Positions 38,724 to 51,069 of a DNA stretch of 64,000 nt are shown piece by piece; position 1 is the stretch's first letter, and the number at the start of each line of letters is the position of its first letter. Source of the stretch: Flavobacteriales bacterium (GTDB lineage Bacteria; Bacteroidota; Bacteroidia; M30B66); the NCBI GenBank assembly GCA_046294625.1, contig JBKBKN010000020.1, positions 1 through 64,000 of the forward strand, read 5' to 3'. The notes under the pieces were generated by a model. The model was not told the DNA's origin. It saw nothing but the letters and a program-made list of their open reading frames with translations, and did not search any database. The translations under genes and the position numbers were made by a program.

Positions 38724-39647
38724 CTATTTTCGAGTTCTCATCTCTTTTAATCTATTGTTTACGCTGCTTGCATTTATTAAATAAATACCGATAAAGATAC
38801 CCGCTAAACCGATTAATTGAATTGCATAAACAGGTTCATCATCGATTATTCCCCAAAACAAAGCAACGACCGGAATCAGGTAGGTTACAGATGAAGCAAA
38901 AAGGGCAGTGGTGTGTTTGATCAAGTAATTGAAAACCAAAACAGCCAAAGCAGTACCAACAATTGCAAGGATAAAAATGTAAATAAAGGCCGTAATGTTT
39001 TCAGGCGATGAGAATGCTTTTTGGAAAGTATGATTGGCCATAAGATAAATGAGCATTGGCGGACCTACAAACATAAACGCAAAACTGGTCACCAAAGCTG
39101 CATTAAGATTTTGAAGATGTTTCTTAATCACATTGGTGCTGACGGAATAGCATACCGAACCGGCAAGCGCAACAAACCAATAAAAATAGGATGAACCATC
39201 ACCTTGCATACCGCTGCTCAGCATCAGGAAGCCTGCGCCTGCAAGGCCGGTAAGCACTCCTGCATAAGCCGAACGATTGGTGAAAACACCAAAGAAGAGT
39301 GAGCCAATCAACAAAGTGAACAGGGGAGTGGTGGAATTGGTAAATCCGGCAATGGAACTGCTGAGATTGGTTTGGGCGATTGCAAAAAGAAAAGACGGTA
39401 TTCCATTGCCAAACAAACCGGCTATGGCAAGCCAATACCATTTTTCGCGTGGAAGTTTTCGAATATTCAGCAAGATAATAGGAAGAAGCGCCAGAAAAGC
39501 AAGAAACATGCGCATGCTTGCCAATTCCACCGGTGTAAAACCAATCAAAGATTTTTTAATCAAAATAAACGAACTTCCCCAGATAATACTTAAAATGAGA
39601 AGCGTGATAAACTGCCATGATTTTCTACTCAGGTCTATGATTGGCAT
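38724..39647 (-). CDS. DMT-superfamily transporter (EamA/RhaT-like, 10 TM)
   Basis: 307 aa with two EamA-like 5-TM halves. Confidence 0.6.
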   Translation of the reverse strand: MPIIDLSRKSWQFITLLILSIIWGSSFILIKKSLIGFTPVELASMRMFLAFLALLPIILLNIRKLPREKWYWLAIAGLFGNGIPSFLFAIAQTNLSSSIAGFTNSTTPLFTLLIGSLFFGVFTNRSAYAGVLTGLAGAGFLMLSSGMQGDGSSYFYWFVALAGSVCYSVSTNVIKKHLQNLNAALVTSFAFMFVGPPMLIYLMANHTFQKAFSSPENITAFIYIFILAIVGTALAVLVFNYLIKHTTALFASSVTYLIPVVALFWGIIDDEPVYAIQLIGLAGIFIGIYLINASSVNNRLKEMRTRK

Positions 39648-39707
39648 TGATTGCTTAAGGGGTTATTGATGTTGGTTGATACAACAATAGATTCAGAAAA
39701 ATGATTA

Positions 39708-41372
39708 TTAAAAATCATAATATCTATTGGGTAGATTTGTTCTGAAGCCAAAACGAATCCAGCTAGCGTTTTCAACACCTATCTTCGCATTGTCGAATAC
39801 CCTTTGGGTGATACCTAGTTCAAAGCGCATATTGGTTTTAACGTTAACTAGGTAGGTGAGTAGAAATTCGGCATAGAGCACGTTGGTTTTCAAACCTTGA
39901 TGAACTTTGTTGCCAAACACGTTAGGCAAAGTAGATTCTGTAACCGGCAGAAAAATATTTTGACCGAAATTTTGGTTCACAGGCTGACCATTCACGATTC
40001 TAATGGTATCAGCTCCATACTGCAACAAATTAGCTTTTAGTTCCACACCAATTCTTCTATATCTGTAATTCAGCATACCAATGGCTTCGGTGAGATTGGC
40101 CCCCACGGGATGAGCCAATGCTTGTGCAAAATGAGTATAACTCTGTGTAGTAGTAAAATGTGTATAAGTATAAGGTCTAATGTAATTATACTCTGCCATG
40201 ATATTCAGATTTTTCACTCCGAACAGGTCAAACCATTTTGTGCCGAGCTGAAATCCTTGTTTATTGGCCCAAAATCCGGTTCTGTTTCGTGTTTCATTGA
40301 TATGAAAATCAGCAATGACCAATTGGCCGTATAGGATATTGTGTTTGAATAATATGTATTTGGAGCTAAAGCCTATGATTACATTATCCGGAGAACCGAG
40401 CGAAAACTCTACCGGGCGGTAAAAGATTACGGGGTTGATGTAGTTGAGATCAAAATTTCGTCCTTGGCCGGTTGAGTCTTTTCCTTGCCAAATTACCGTC
40501 TCAAATAATCCAAGATTCCAGCGTTTGGTGATGTTCCAGCTCAAATGGTGCATGGTTGTGAATTTGCGCGGATAGCCACCAATCGGAGCATTGCCGCCAC
40601 CGCCAATGTTTTGATAAGTCGTGAAGAGATTGGTGTATTGGATTTTCCAGAAGGAGGATGTGATTTTGAGATAGGGACTAAAAAAGGCATTGTCAGACAA
40701 GAAAAGCGAGCGATAGCCATCACCAATAAAAACACGGTCGTTGCCTAATTGAATATCGAAAAATCGAGAAGGTTTGTAAGCAATATGTCCTATTGCCCAT
40801 GCATAATCGAATCCATCAGTTTTAAAAGGCTTGGCACGTCCCTGTCCTGGCATCACTTCGGTTCGGTTAACAAAATCGCCTACCCAGAAAACAGGTCTAG
40901 ACTGATTTTCCATAAAAGCAGAGTAAAACGAAAAGTCTTTGCCCAGATTCCCCATCACCTGAAAGCCCCTGGAGTTAACATAGGTGGAGCGGTTGGCAAA
41001 TTGATCTCTGCCAATAGAAAATTCAAATAGTGGATCGATATAGAGCTGATATTTCGCCGAATCGATGTGAATAAAGTGATGCGTGAATAGTTTTCTCCCA
41101 AATCTACCTGCAAATAGTTTGCTCTCGGGCATTTTAGAACCTGATAAAGTATCTAATGCAATCAGTTCTTTCAGCTGAGCTTCGGTGAAGGGTTTGAAGG
41201 CTGAGTGGAAATTTTTTCCCGGTTGATGGGTATATTTTTCAATCAATTGATATTGAAAACGATCCATCATAACGCTATAATGTTGGGCCTTTGTTTGACT
41301 CAAGCTTATAATGCAAAGAAAAAGAGCAATATTAAAAGCATGCCACTTAAATTTGTAAATGCTAATGTGCAT
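39708..41372 (-). CDS. Predicted outer-membrane beta-barrel protein (possibly Wzi-like capsule-assembly family)
   Basis: Start reassigned to 41372 (MHISIYKFKWHAFNIALFLCIISLSQTKAQ signal peptide). Alternating amphipathic beta-strand character and a C-terminal YYDF aromatic terminus. It sits adjacent to the WecA-like gene. The Wzi assignment is speculative. Confidence 0.35.
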   Translation of the reverse strand: MHISIYKFKWHAFNIALFLCIISLSQTKAQHYSVMMDRFQYQLIEKYTHQPGKNFHSAFKPFTEAQLKELIALDTLSGSKMPESKLFAGRFGRKLFTHHFIHIDSAKYQLYIDPLFEFSIGRDQFANRSTYVNSRGFQVMGNLGKDFSFYSAFMENQSRPVFWVGDFVNRTEVMPGQGRAKPFKTDGFDYAWAIGHIAYKPSRFFDIQLGNDRVFIGDGYRSLFLSDNAFFSPYLKITSSFWKIQYTNLFTTYQNIGGGGNAPIGGYPRKFTTMHHLSWNITKRWNLGLFETVIWQGKDSTGQGRNFDLNYINPVIFYRPVEFSLGSPDNVIIGFSSKYILFKHNILYGQLVIADFHINETRNRTGFWANKQGFQLGTKWFDLFGVKNLNIMAEYNYIRPYTYTHFTTTQSYTHFAQALAHPVGANLTEAIGMLNYRYRRIGVELKANLLQYGADTIRIVNGQPVNQNFGQNIFLPVTESTLPNVFGNKVHQGLKTNVLYAEFLLTYLVNVKTNMRFELGITQRVFDNAKIGVENASWIRFGFRTNLPNRYYDF

Positions 41373-41382
41373 AATGTTCAGG

Positions 41383-42498
41383 TTAAAAGGTAGCTTCTTT
41401 TGACTCTGCTTGCTTTCTGAACAGCAATAGTGCTTTGGGCATCGTAGCAAGCAAAAGGGAAACAAAAAGTAAAACAATGATATGGGTATTTATATCTGTA
41501 TTCAGACATAGAAAGAATATGCCAATATTAAACAGGCTAAACAGTCCCAAAATAATTGAAGCAGAGAAATGCGAGCACCCTAATTCAAGTAAAATATGAT
41601 GAATGTGATTCCTATCGGCGGTAAAAGGAGATTTTCCTTTGATAAGCCTAATCACAAACACCCTGCTAAGATCGGTGAGTGGTACGATTAGCGCTGATAA
41701 AACAAAAAGAAACATCCGGTTGTGAAGTAATGTAGAAAAGCTTTGATAATCAGCGCTATCTGATGTAAAAGTTGGAACATTGATTAGACTTAAAATCAAA
41801 AAAGCTGACATATATCCAATCAATAACGAACCGGAATCACCCATAAATATTCTAGGTTTGATCAGGTTGAATCTAAGAAAAGCAACAATACCACCTGCTA
41901 AAGACAAAGCGATGACAGCCAGATTGATTTGATGAAAATATAGTGCCATGATTCCGGCACTCAAGGAGATGATGAGTCCACAAATACCAGCCAAGCCATT
42001 GATACCATCAATTAAGTTAAACGAATTGACTACTGCCAACACTAAGATAAAAGTAAGAAAAATAGAAAGCCATTCCGGAAGACCATGAATTCCGAACAGG
42101 CCATTAAGATGAGTGAGTGTTTCTTTTCCGGCTATTACCAAAAGCGAAGCCGGAATAAATTCACCAATCAACTTTTGAAAAGGCTTGATGGGATACATGT
42201 CGTCCAACAATCCAACAAAGAATATAATCACAGTTCCCGCAATCAAAAAACCATAGCTTGGCAATGCTTCGGTATCAATGAAAAGTGATATGCTTACGAT
42301 TACGGAAAACATGATGGCAATGCCACCAATCCTGGAAATGTTGTCGTCATGCAGTTTTCTTCCGTCAGGAATATCGAAAAGCTGTCTTTTATTGGCAAAC
42401 CTGATTACAAATGGCATGGCAGTCCATGCAATTACCAATGAGGTCAGGAAAGAGATGAAAGCCGGCAAGGCTTCTGATAAATTCATCATGCCATGCAA
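41383..42498 (-). CDS. Polyprenyl-phosphate N-acetylhexosamine-1-phosphate transferase (MraY/WecA family, GT4 membrane)
   Basis: 11 TM helices with the cytoplasmic-loop motifs DIPDGRKLHDDNISRIGG and DDMYPIKP typical of WecA/MraY-like phosphotransferases. Confidence 0.75.
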   Translation of the reverse strand: MHGMMNLSEALPAFISFLTSLVIAWTAMPFVIRFANKRQLFDIPDGRKLHDDNISRIGGIAIMFSVIVSISLFIDTEALPSYGFLIAGTVIIFFVGLLDDMYPIKPFQKLIGEFIPASLLVIAGKETLTHLNGLFGIHGLPEWLSIFLTFILVLAVVNSFNLIDGINGLAGICGLIISLSAGIMALYFHQINLAVIALSLAGGIVAFLRFNLIKPRIFMGDSGSLLIGYMSAFLILSLINVPTFTSDSADYQSFSTLLHNRMFLFVLSALIVPLTDLSRVFVIRLIKGKSPFTADRNHIHHILLELGCSHFSASIILGLFSLFNIGIFFLCLNTDINTHIIVLLFVSLLLATMPKALLLFRKQAESKEATF

Positions 42499-42602
42499 AT
42501 GTAATATAATTCGTATGCTTTTGCCTGTCTATGACTTTCAGGCTTTTTGAATTTCTATATTGACTCAGAGGAGTGCTTGGCATGAAGGTCTAAATTTCAT
42601 GC

Positions 42603-44567
<1,965 letters not shown>

Positions 44568-44921
44568 TTAAAATATTAGATAATGTTGAGTGTGTTTATT
44601 TTTGGGCAGTGCAAAATTAACATTTCAATTGTAATATCCATTAAAAACCTAATATGTATCCTTTGATTTTTTCACACGCAATTAACATTCAGGGTGCTTT
44701 AAATTGAATAAAAAATGATTAGGTGAATGGTTTTAAGGTTTTTCAATGATTTGTTTCAAATTATCCGCGTTTAATGAAAACAGATCAACATGATTAGCGA
44801 AAATTGAAACCCGAATGGTTTTTGAAACAATCCTGACTTTTGCCAAATCTTATTAATTCAATACAATCGGGCTTTTACCAAGTGGAGGAAATAGGCAAAT
44901 TTGCGCTAGGTTTAAATTTAT

Positions 44922-47336
44922 ATGAAACAATCACTTTTACTTGCTTTTATATTAGTTTTCGGTGTGTCTGAAACATTTGCTCAGTATCATTGCAAGTCTA
45001 CACACCATCATCATGCAAAAAGCATCAGAGATGCAGCTAATTCGATCGATCTTGATCCGAGAGTTGACAGTTTAGCTATTATCCATTATCATATTAATAT
45101 TGAATTTCCACCATCTGTTCAAGCCATTATAGCCAATACTGAAGTAACTTTTCAAACCAAAGTTTCAGGAGTTCAGTCTGTGACACTTGATTTGGAAAGT
45201 TTAACGGTAGATTCTGTGATTTACAATGGTCAAAACTTAAACTTCACCCATGTCAACGGCAAATTGCACATTCCGTTAAGCAATCCATTGAGCATCGGAA
45301 CAGAGTTTGCCGTAAATGTGTATTATAGGGGTGCGCCACAACAAGACCCAACTGGCTTTGGAGGCTTTTACTGGTTACAAGGTTATGCCTTTAACCTTGG
45401 CGTGAGTTTAACAGACATACCCCATCCTTACGGTAGGGCTTGGTTTCCCTGTTTCGATAATTTTATCACCCGGAGCACTTACACGCTAACAGTAAAGACA
45501 CACGGCAACCAAACTTCTGTTTGTGGCGGACTATTGGTAGAAGAAATATTAGAGAACAATCAAATGATTCGTCGGTGGGAGATTTATCAACCCATACCAA
45601 CTTATTTGGTGTCTATTGCTGTTGGGCCATACGTTTTTGTAGAAACTACTTACCAAAGTATAAGCGGGGAGGCGATCCCTGTGATGCTGGCAGCTGCCGC
45701 ATCGGATACGACCAATATGAAAAGCTCATTTTCTAATCTGGAAGCTTATTTTCATCGAATGGAAGAGAATTTTGGACCATATTTATGGGATCGTGTAGGC
45801 TATGTGCTGGTGCCGTTCAACTCAGGTGCGATGGAACATGCTATGAATATAGCATTTCCTCGCATAGCTGCCAATGGGCAACTCACTTTTCAAGGGGTGA
45901 TGGCTCACGAAATGGCGCATAATTGGTTTGGTAACTTGGCTACCTGTCGCGTGGCTGAAGAAATGTATCTCAATGAGGGTTTTGCAGTGTATGGTGAATT
46001 TTTGTTTAACGAATGGCTGCAAGGACAAGAAGCCTATCGCACAGCGGTGCGCAACAACCACCGTTCTATGCTACGTTTTGCTCATGTAAAGGATGAAGGA
46101 TATTGGCCGCTTTCAAATGTTCCGCAAGAATACACGTATGGCGACCACTCCTATCGAAAAGGTGCTGATATCATTCATACCCTGCGCACCTACATGGGCG
46201 ATGAACCATTTTTCGAAGGTTTGCGCTATTTTTTAGAAAACAACATATACAAAGATGTGACTTCTGACACACTGCAACATTATCTAGAGCTGAGTTCAGG
46301 ACAAAATTTATCTGACTTTTTTGATTACTGGATTCATCAAAAAGGTTGGACGCATTTTGGGATTGACAGCATGCAGGTAACTCCTTCAGGCAATCAGTTT
46401 AATGTCCGCGTTTTTTATCAGCAGAAACTGGTAGCCGGTGAAAACTATTTTCAGAATGTACCGATGCAGTTAAGCTTTCTGCGCGACGATTTTTCTGTGA
46501 ATAATAGTCAGGTGATGCTTTCCGGACAATTTGGAACCTTAGAAGTTACCGTTCCATTTCAGCCGGTACATGCATTTTTCAACCGCGATGAGAAAATCAG
46601 CATGGCGGTGACAGCTGATGAAAGGGTGTTCAGAAGCACTGCATCACAAAATTTATCCAATGCTTTGTTTGAAATTTATCCATCAGTAGTGACCGATTCT
46701 ACCTATCTTCGAATAGAGCACAATTTTGTTGGACCGGATGGGGAAGTAGAGGGGAACTTCAGAATTTCTCAAAATCGCTATTGGACAGTAAAAGGACTCA
46801 CGCGTGGAAACTTCAATGCACGTATGCGAGTGTATTACGATGGTCGCACCAGTGCGACAAACTCCGGCTGGCTAGATCACGAATTGATTGATGTTCCTGA
46901 TAATCAGGTGATTTTATTGCATCGTGCTCATCCTGGCGACATTTGGAGAAGAATGGCTGCCACCACCAATACAACCTTCCCCAATAACACAGATAAATAC
47001 GGTTTTATTGAGCTAGTTAATTTTCCTTTTGGTGAATATGTTTTGGCTGTTTCTGATAGCGTGCTCAGCACATCTCAAATCATGTCTGAGCAAGTTGCTG
47101 ATTTTACTGTATTTCCAAATCCTGCTTCAGATTTTGTTCAAATACAATTGGAGAATTTTAAGCAACCTATGCATTTAAGTGTCATAGATCTAAGCGGGAA
47201 AGAAATACATTCAGAAATGATGAATCAAAGTTTAATCCAAATGAACACCAAGGGGATGAAACCTGGAGTGTATTTCATCCGGTTGAGCAACCCCGCTACT
47301 GGAGAGAACAGTCAGCAAAAACTGATCATTCGATAG
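44922..47336 (+). CDS. M1-family zinc aminopeptidase with C-terminal T9SS type-A sorting domain
   Basis: Signal peptide, GAMEH exopeptidase motif, the HEMAHNWFGN zinc-binding HEXXH and the downstream LNEGFAVY glutamate. C-terminal FTVFPNPASDFVQIQL...PGVYFIRL T9SS domain. Confidence 0.8.
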   Translation: MKQSLLLAFILVFGVSETFAQYHCKSTHHHHAKSIRDAANSIDLDPRVDSLAIIHYHINIEFPPSVQAIIANTEVTFQTKVSGVQSVTLDLESLTVDSVIYNGQNLNFTHVNGKLHIPLSNPLSIGTEFAVNVYYRGAPQQDPTGFGGFYWLQGYAFNLGVSLTDIPHPYGRAWFPCFDNFITRSTYTLTVKTHGNQTSVCGGLLVEEILENNQMIRRWEIYQPIPTYLVSIAVGPYVFVETTYQSISGEAIPVMLAAAASDTTNMKSSFSNLEAYFHRMEENFGPYLWDRVGYVLVPFNSGAMEHAMNIAFPRIAANGQLTFQGVMAHEMAHNWFGNLATCRVAEEMYLNEGFAVYGEFLFNEWLQGQEAYRTAVRNNHRSMLRFAHVKDEGYWPLSNVPQEYTYGDHSYRKGADIIHTLRTYMGDEPFFEGLRYFLENNIYKDVTSDTLQHYLELSSGQNLSDFFDYWIHQKGWTHFGIDSMQVTPSGNQFNVRVFYQQKLVAGENYFQNVPMQLSFLRDDFSVNNSQVMLSGQFGTLEVTVPFQPVHAFFNRDEKISMAVTADERVFRSTASQNLSNALFEIYPSVVTDSTYLRIEHNFVGPDGEVEGNFRISQNRYWTVKGLTRGNFNARMRVYYDGRTSATNSGWLDHELIDVPDNQVILLHRAHPGDIWRRMAATTNTTFPNNTDKYGFIELVNFPFGEYVLAVSDSVLSTSQIMSEQVADFTVFPNPASDFVQIQLENFKQPMHLSVIDLSGKEIHSEMMNQSLIQMNTKGMKPGVYFIRLSNPATGENSQQKLIIR

Positions 47337-47473
47337 TTGCTGCAACTAACAGGTTGGCTTATTACAATTTTATGATTGTGTAAATTGTATTTTCGTTCAT
47401 TGTTAGCGATTTTAAGAAGCAGATTTATGCCACTTGCCTTCAGACTGTAAAATAGCTACTTTGAAACTGCAAT

Positions 47474-48115
47474 TTATCTTTTGCCGGATTTGGGATAAAG
47501 GTACACGAGTACTTTAGTTCGAAAGAAATCTTCGTGAAACCAATTGTAGATTTCCATCACTTCCTGATGGAAATTAGTGGGAACTTTACTTAACTCTTCG
47601 GTTAGGTCACCCCCTTTTAAAAACAACCAACCATTTGCAATTTCATGTTGCTGTTTCACGGAAAGCAGGTGTTTGGTCCATTGAATTAACATGGATGATT
47701 CAGCCACTGCACGCGACACAATGAAATCATAGTTCCCTTTGAGCTGCTCAACCCGTGTATGTGTGGTTTGAATGTTTCTGATGTCAAGTCTTCCAGCGAT
47801 GTCATCAATCACTTTCAGCTTTTTGCCAATGGAGTCAACTAAATGAAATTGCGTATCTTCAAACAAGATAGCTAATGGCAATCCGGGGAAACCTCCGCCA
47901 GTTCCTATGTCCAGAATTTTTGCTCCGGGATTGAATTTTGTTCGTCTGGCAATTGCCAAACTATGCAGTACATGATGCAGTTCTAACTGATCAATATCCT
48001 TTCGACTCACCACGTTGATTCTTTCATTCCACTCTTTGTAAAGTGGAACAAGCTCATTGAGCTTTTCCAAGTGCGTCTTATTGATTTCAGGGAAATACTT
48101 TTTGATCAGCGACAT
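47474..48115 (-). CDS. rsmG: 16S rRNA (guanine527-N7)-methyltransferase
   Basis: KILDIGTGGGFPGLPLAILF SAM-binding motif. 213 aa, GidB-like. Confidence 0.85.
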   Translation of the reverse strand: MSLIKKYFPEINKTHLEKLNELVPLYKEWNERINVVSRKDIDQLELHHVLHSLAIARRTKFNPGAKILDIGTGGGFPGLPLAILFEDTQFHLVDSIGKKLKVIDDIAGRLDIRNIQTTHTRVEQLKGNYDFIVSRAVAESSMLIQWTKHLLSVKQQHEIANGWLFLKGGDLTEELSKVPTNFHQEVMEIYNWFHEDFFRTKVLVYLYPKSGKR

Positions 48116-48129
48116 GCGAATAACCTGAT

Positions 48130-48738
48130 CTAAATTCTATCTTGCTTGTTGCGAAGCATATTGTAAAGAAACTCTCTTGAGCGAAATAGCTGCGCTTTAA
48201 CTGTTCCTATAGGAAGATCGAGTTGTTCGGCAATTTCTTCATAAGACATCTCTTGAAAATAACGCATTTCAATCAAGGTGCGATAGCGCGGCTTCAGCTT
48301 TTGCACCAATTCTCGCATGAGCTTGTTTTTTTGCTTCTTGATATAGTTTTCTTCCGGATCGGGGCCGTCAGATCGAATATCCATAGTGAGCTCACTTCCA
48401 TCGCTGTTCATAAATGCTTTGTCGAGCGACATGGTAACTGCTCTTTTTTTACGAATAAAATCAATACAGTTATTGGTGGCAATGCGAAATAACCAAGTAC
48501 TGAATGCATAGTTGGGCGTGTATTGGGCAATGTTTTTAAATGCTTTGCCAAATGCCTCAATGGTTAAATCTTCTGCATCGTCTTGGTTGTTGACCATTTT
48601 GAGAAGGAGAAAATAAACCGATTCACGGTAGCGATCGTGCAATTCAGCAAATGCAGCTTGATCACAATGATCGGCTGCTTTTTTTACCAAATCAAGATCA
48701 TAGAGCGCTTTGACCGATAATTTATTTTCTATTTCCAT
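48130..48738 (-). CDS. RNA polymerase sigma-70 family factor (ECF-like, regions 2 and 4)
   Basis: Region 2 (DLTIEAFGKAFKNIAQYTP...FSTWLFRIATNNCIDFIRKK) and a region 4 helix-turn-helix (MSYEEIAEQLDLPIGTVKAQLFRSRE). Confidence 0.75.
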   Translation of the reverse strand: MEIENKLSVKALYDLDLVKKAADHCDQAAFAELHDRYRESVYFLLLKMVNNQDDAEDLTIEAFGKAFKNIAQYTPNYAFSTWLFRIATNNCIDFIRKKRAVTMSLDKAFMNSDGSELTMDIRSDGPDPEENYIKKQKNKLMRELVQKLKPRYRTLIEMRYFQEMSYEEIAEQLDLPIGTVKAQLFRSREFLYNMLRNKQDRI

Positions 48739-49856
48739 TTGTTTTTTCTAAGTCTGAACGTAGCCAGTTTGTAGCTTGGATAGATAAACAGATACATAAT
48801 CAATTCATTTATCGGTGCCAACCAAGGCTGCATGCGTTCATCGAGTTTTTTCCCAATTGTGTGCAAGATAAATATTTGCAATAAAGCGCGTAAGAAAATT
48901 ACGGAAATTGTTATTAACACTTCAATCTGCAAAATCAACAAAAGTGCCGCGAAAGCATAGAAGCATAGCAAACTCAGGGGATACAGCCACAAGTAAGCTT
49001 TATCTGAAGACTTGTAGTATTTTGCAGTACTGTTGTGTCTTTTCTTTTGTCTAAACCATTCTTTCCAAGTTGTTTTTGCCAAAGTGATGGTATGCGCATT
49101 TTTGCTAACACAGATTTGCGTGTTATCACCTTTAGCCACAGCTTGGATAAAGAGATCATCATCACCGGAGTTGATGTGCATGTGAGCGGCAAACCCTTTC
49201 TGCGCAAAAAAGTTTGATTTTTTGTAGCTTAGATTCCTACCAACGCCCATATATGGTTTACCCCATAAAGTTCTGCTGAAATACATGGCTGCATTGAAAA
49301 AGTTCTCCCACCGAACGACGTAATTTAGGAATCCCGATGCTTTCTCAAATTTTCCATAACCCAGTACAATTTGTGTTTGGTTTCGATAAGCACGCATCAT
49401 TTCTGAAATCCAATATTCACTTTGTGGATAGCAATCGGCGTCGGTGAGAAGCAGCACTTCATACCTTGCCGCTTTTATGCCGATGGTAAGCGCAAACTTT
49501 TTTCCATGCTCACGACCTTCCACTTCTTTGATATCGGCCACCCTAAGAATGGGATATTGTAAAGCTAGCTCTTTGAGATAGTCGTAGGAACCATCCCAGG
49601 AACAATCATTTACCAAAACTACTTCATAATTTGGGTACTGTTGCTGAAGCACCAAAGGCAAAAACTTTTGCAGATTTTCAAGCTCGTTTCTTGCGCAGAT
49701 AACCACCGATACAGGCGGTTGATTAGCACCTTCTTGTTTGGGTTTATAAAAGGCAAAACGTGATAAATACACGATGAGATAAAACAATTGAATGGCCAGA
49801 AAAATGCCAGCCAAGATGATAATAACAAGTTGATATTCCTGAAAAAAATCGATCAT
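48729..49856 (-). CDS. Membrane-anchored family-2 glycosyltransferase
   Basis: GT2 motifs PVSVVICARNELENL, VVLVNDCSWDGS and DADC. N-terminal TM helix and C-terminal TM helices. Start possibly at 49922 (track) or the internal ATG at 49856. Confidence 0.7.
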   Translation of the reverse strand: MIDFFQEYQLVIIILAGIFLAIQLFYLIVYLSRFAFYKPKQEGANQPPVSVVICARNELENLQKFLPLVLQQQYPNYEVVLVNDCSWDGSYDYLKELALQYPILRVADIKEVEGREHGKKFALTIGIKAARYEVLLLTDADCYPQSEYWISEMMRAYRNQTQIVLGYGKFEKASGFLNYVVRWENFFNAAMYFSRTLWGKPYMGVGRNLSYKKSNFFAQKGFAAHMHINSGDDDLFIQAVAKGDNTQICVSKNAHTITLAKTTWKEWFRQKKRHNSTAKYYKSSDKAYLWLYPLSLLCFYAFAALLLILQIEVLITISVIFLRALLQIFILHTIGKKLDERMQPWLAPINELIMYLFIYPSYKLATFRLRKNKWK

Positions 49857-49938
49857 AATTATCCCTTCAAAAGGGGCTACAAAACTATCATTTAGCCTGT
49901 CCGCAAAAGCATATCTTTGCACAACTTTTTAACATAGG

Positions 49939-51069
49939 ATGTTTTTTAAATTAACAAATCAAGACCCACAATCAAAAGCAAGGTCAGGGGAGATTACCAC
50001 GGCACACGGCAGCATCCAAACGCCTATATTTATGCCTGTGGGAACAGCCGGAAGTGTGAAGGCTGTCCATCAGCGCGAACTCCGTGAAGATATCAAGGCA
50101 CAGATTATTCTTGGTAATACCTATCATTTATACCTGAGACCCGGTCTCGATGTGCTTCAGGCTGCCGGTGGTTTACATAAATTTAATGGTTGGGAGAGCC
50201 CCATTTTAACTGACAGTGGCGGCTATCAGGTATATTCGCTCAGCGATAGCCGAAAAATTAAAGAAGAAGGAGCCACTTTTCAATCGCATATTGATGGGAG
50301 TCGCCACTTATTTTCGCCGGAACGTGTCATGGACATTCAACGTGTTATAGGTGCTGATATCATTATGGCATTTGATGAATGTACGCCTTATCCATGCGAG
50401 TTTATTTATGCGAAAAAATCCATGCACATGACCCATCGGTGGTTAGACCGATGTATTCAGCGTTTTAGCGAAACCGAAGCGCCTTATGGCTATGAGCAAT
50501 TTCTATTTCCTATTGTTCAGGGTAGTGTGTTTGAAGACTTGAGAGTGGAGTCAGCTGAATATATTGCATCTAAAAACATGCAGGGCAATGCAATTGGCGG
50601 ACTCTCAGTTGGCGAACCTGCTGATGATATGTATCGAATCACCGATTTGGTAACCAACATTTTACCTGAAGATAAACCACGCTATTTGATGGGTGTAGGC
50701 ACACCGGTAAATATTTTGGAATGTATAGCATTAGGCGTAGATATGTTTGATTGTGTAATGCCTACGCGAAACGCCAGAAATGGAATGCTGTTTACCTGGA
50801 ACGGCATTATCAATATTAAAAATGTAAAATGGCGCGATGATTTTTCGCCGGTAGATGAGCAGGGCACCACTTTTGTAGATCACCACTATACCAAGGCATA
50901 TCTTCGTCATTTAATGGTGGCAGGCGAATATTTGGCGGCACAGATTGCCAGCATTCACAATCTTGGATTTTACCTTGATTTGGTGAAAACTGCTCGCGAA
51001 CATATTATTCAAGGCGACTTTGCAGAATGGAAAAATAAGATGGTTCTCCAATTGAGCCAGCGTTTATGA
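49939..51069 (+). CDS. tgt: Queuine tRNA-ribosyltransferase
   Basis: TIM-barrel Tgt motifs (TPIFMPVGT, DSGGYQV, LFPIVQG). Zinc site CxCxxC...H present (CVMPTRNARNG...H). Confidence 0.9.
   Translation: MFFKLTNQDPQSKARSGEITTAHGSIQTPIFMPVGTAGSVKAVHQRELREDIKAQIILGNTYHLYLRPGLDVLQAAGGLHKFNGWESPILTDSGGYQVYSLSDSRKIKEEGATFQSHIDGSRHLFSPERVMDIQRVIGADIIMAFDECTPYPCEFIYAKKSMHMTHRWLDRCIQRFSETEAPYGYEQFLFPIVQGSVFEDLRVESAEYIASKNMQGNAIGGLSVGEPADDMYRITDLVTNILPEDKPRYLMGVGTPVNILECIALGVDMFDCVMPTRNARNGMLFTWNGIINIKNVKWRDDFSPVDEQGTTFVDHHYTKAYLRHLMVAGEYLAAQIASIHNLGFYLDLVKTAREHIIQGDFAEWKNKMVLQLSQRL

Noticed and set aside
41373-41477. Upstream 35-codon extension of the outer-membrane beta-barrel ORF
   Set aside because: It would overlap the 3' end of the upstream WecA-like gene by ~95 nt. 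The internal Met gives a canonical signal peptide immediately.
42085-42583. Small ORFs (42085..42288, 42278..42550, 42389..42583) inside or at the start of the WecA-like gene
   Set aside because: Opposite-strand or out-of-frame overlaps with a well-supported 11-TM phosphotransferase gene.
47336-47360. Palindrome AGTTGCTGCAACT after the M1 peptidase stop as a terminator
   Set aside because: The stem leaves a 1-3-nt loop and is not followed by a T-tract.
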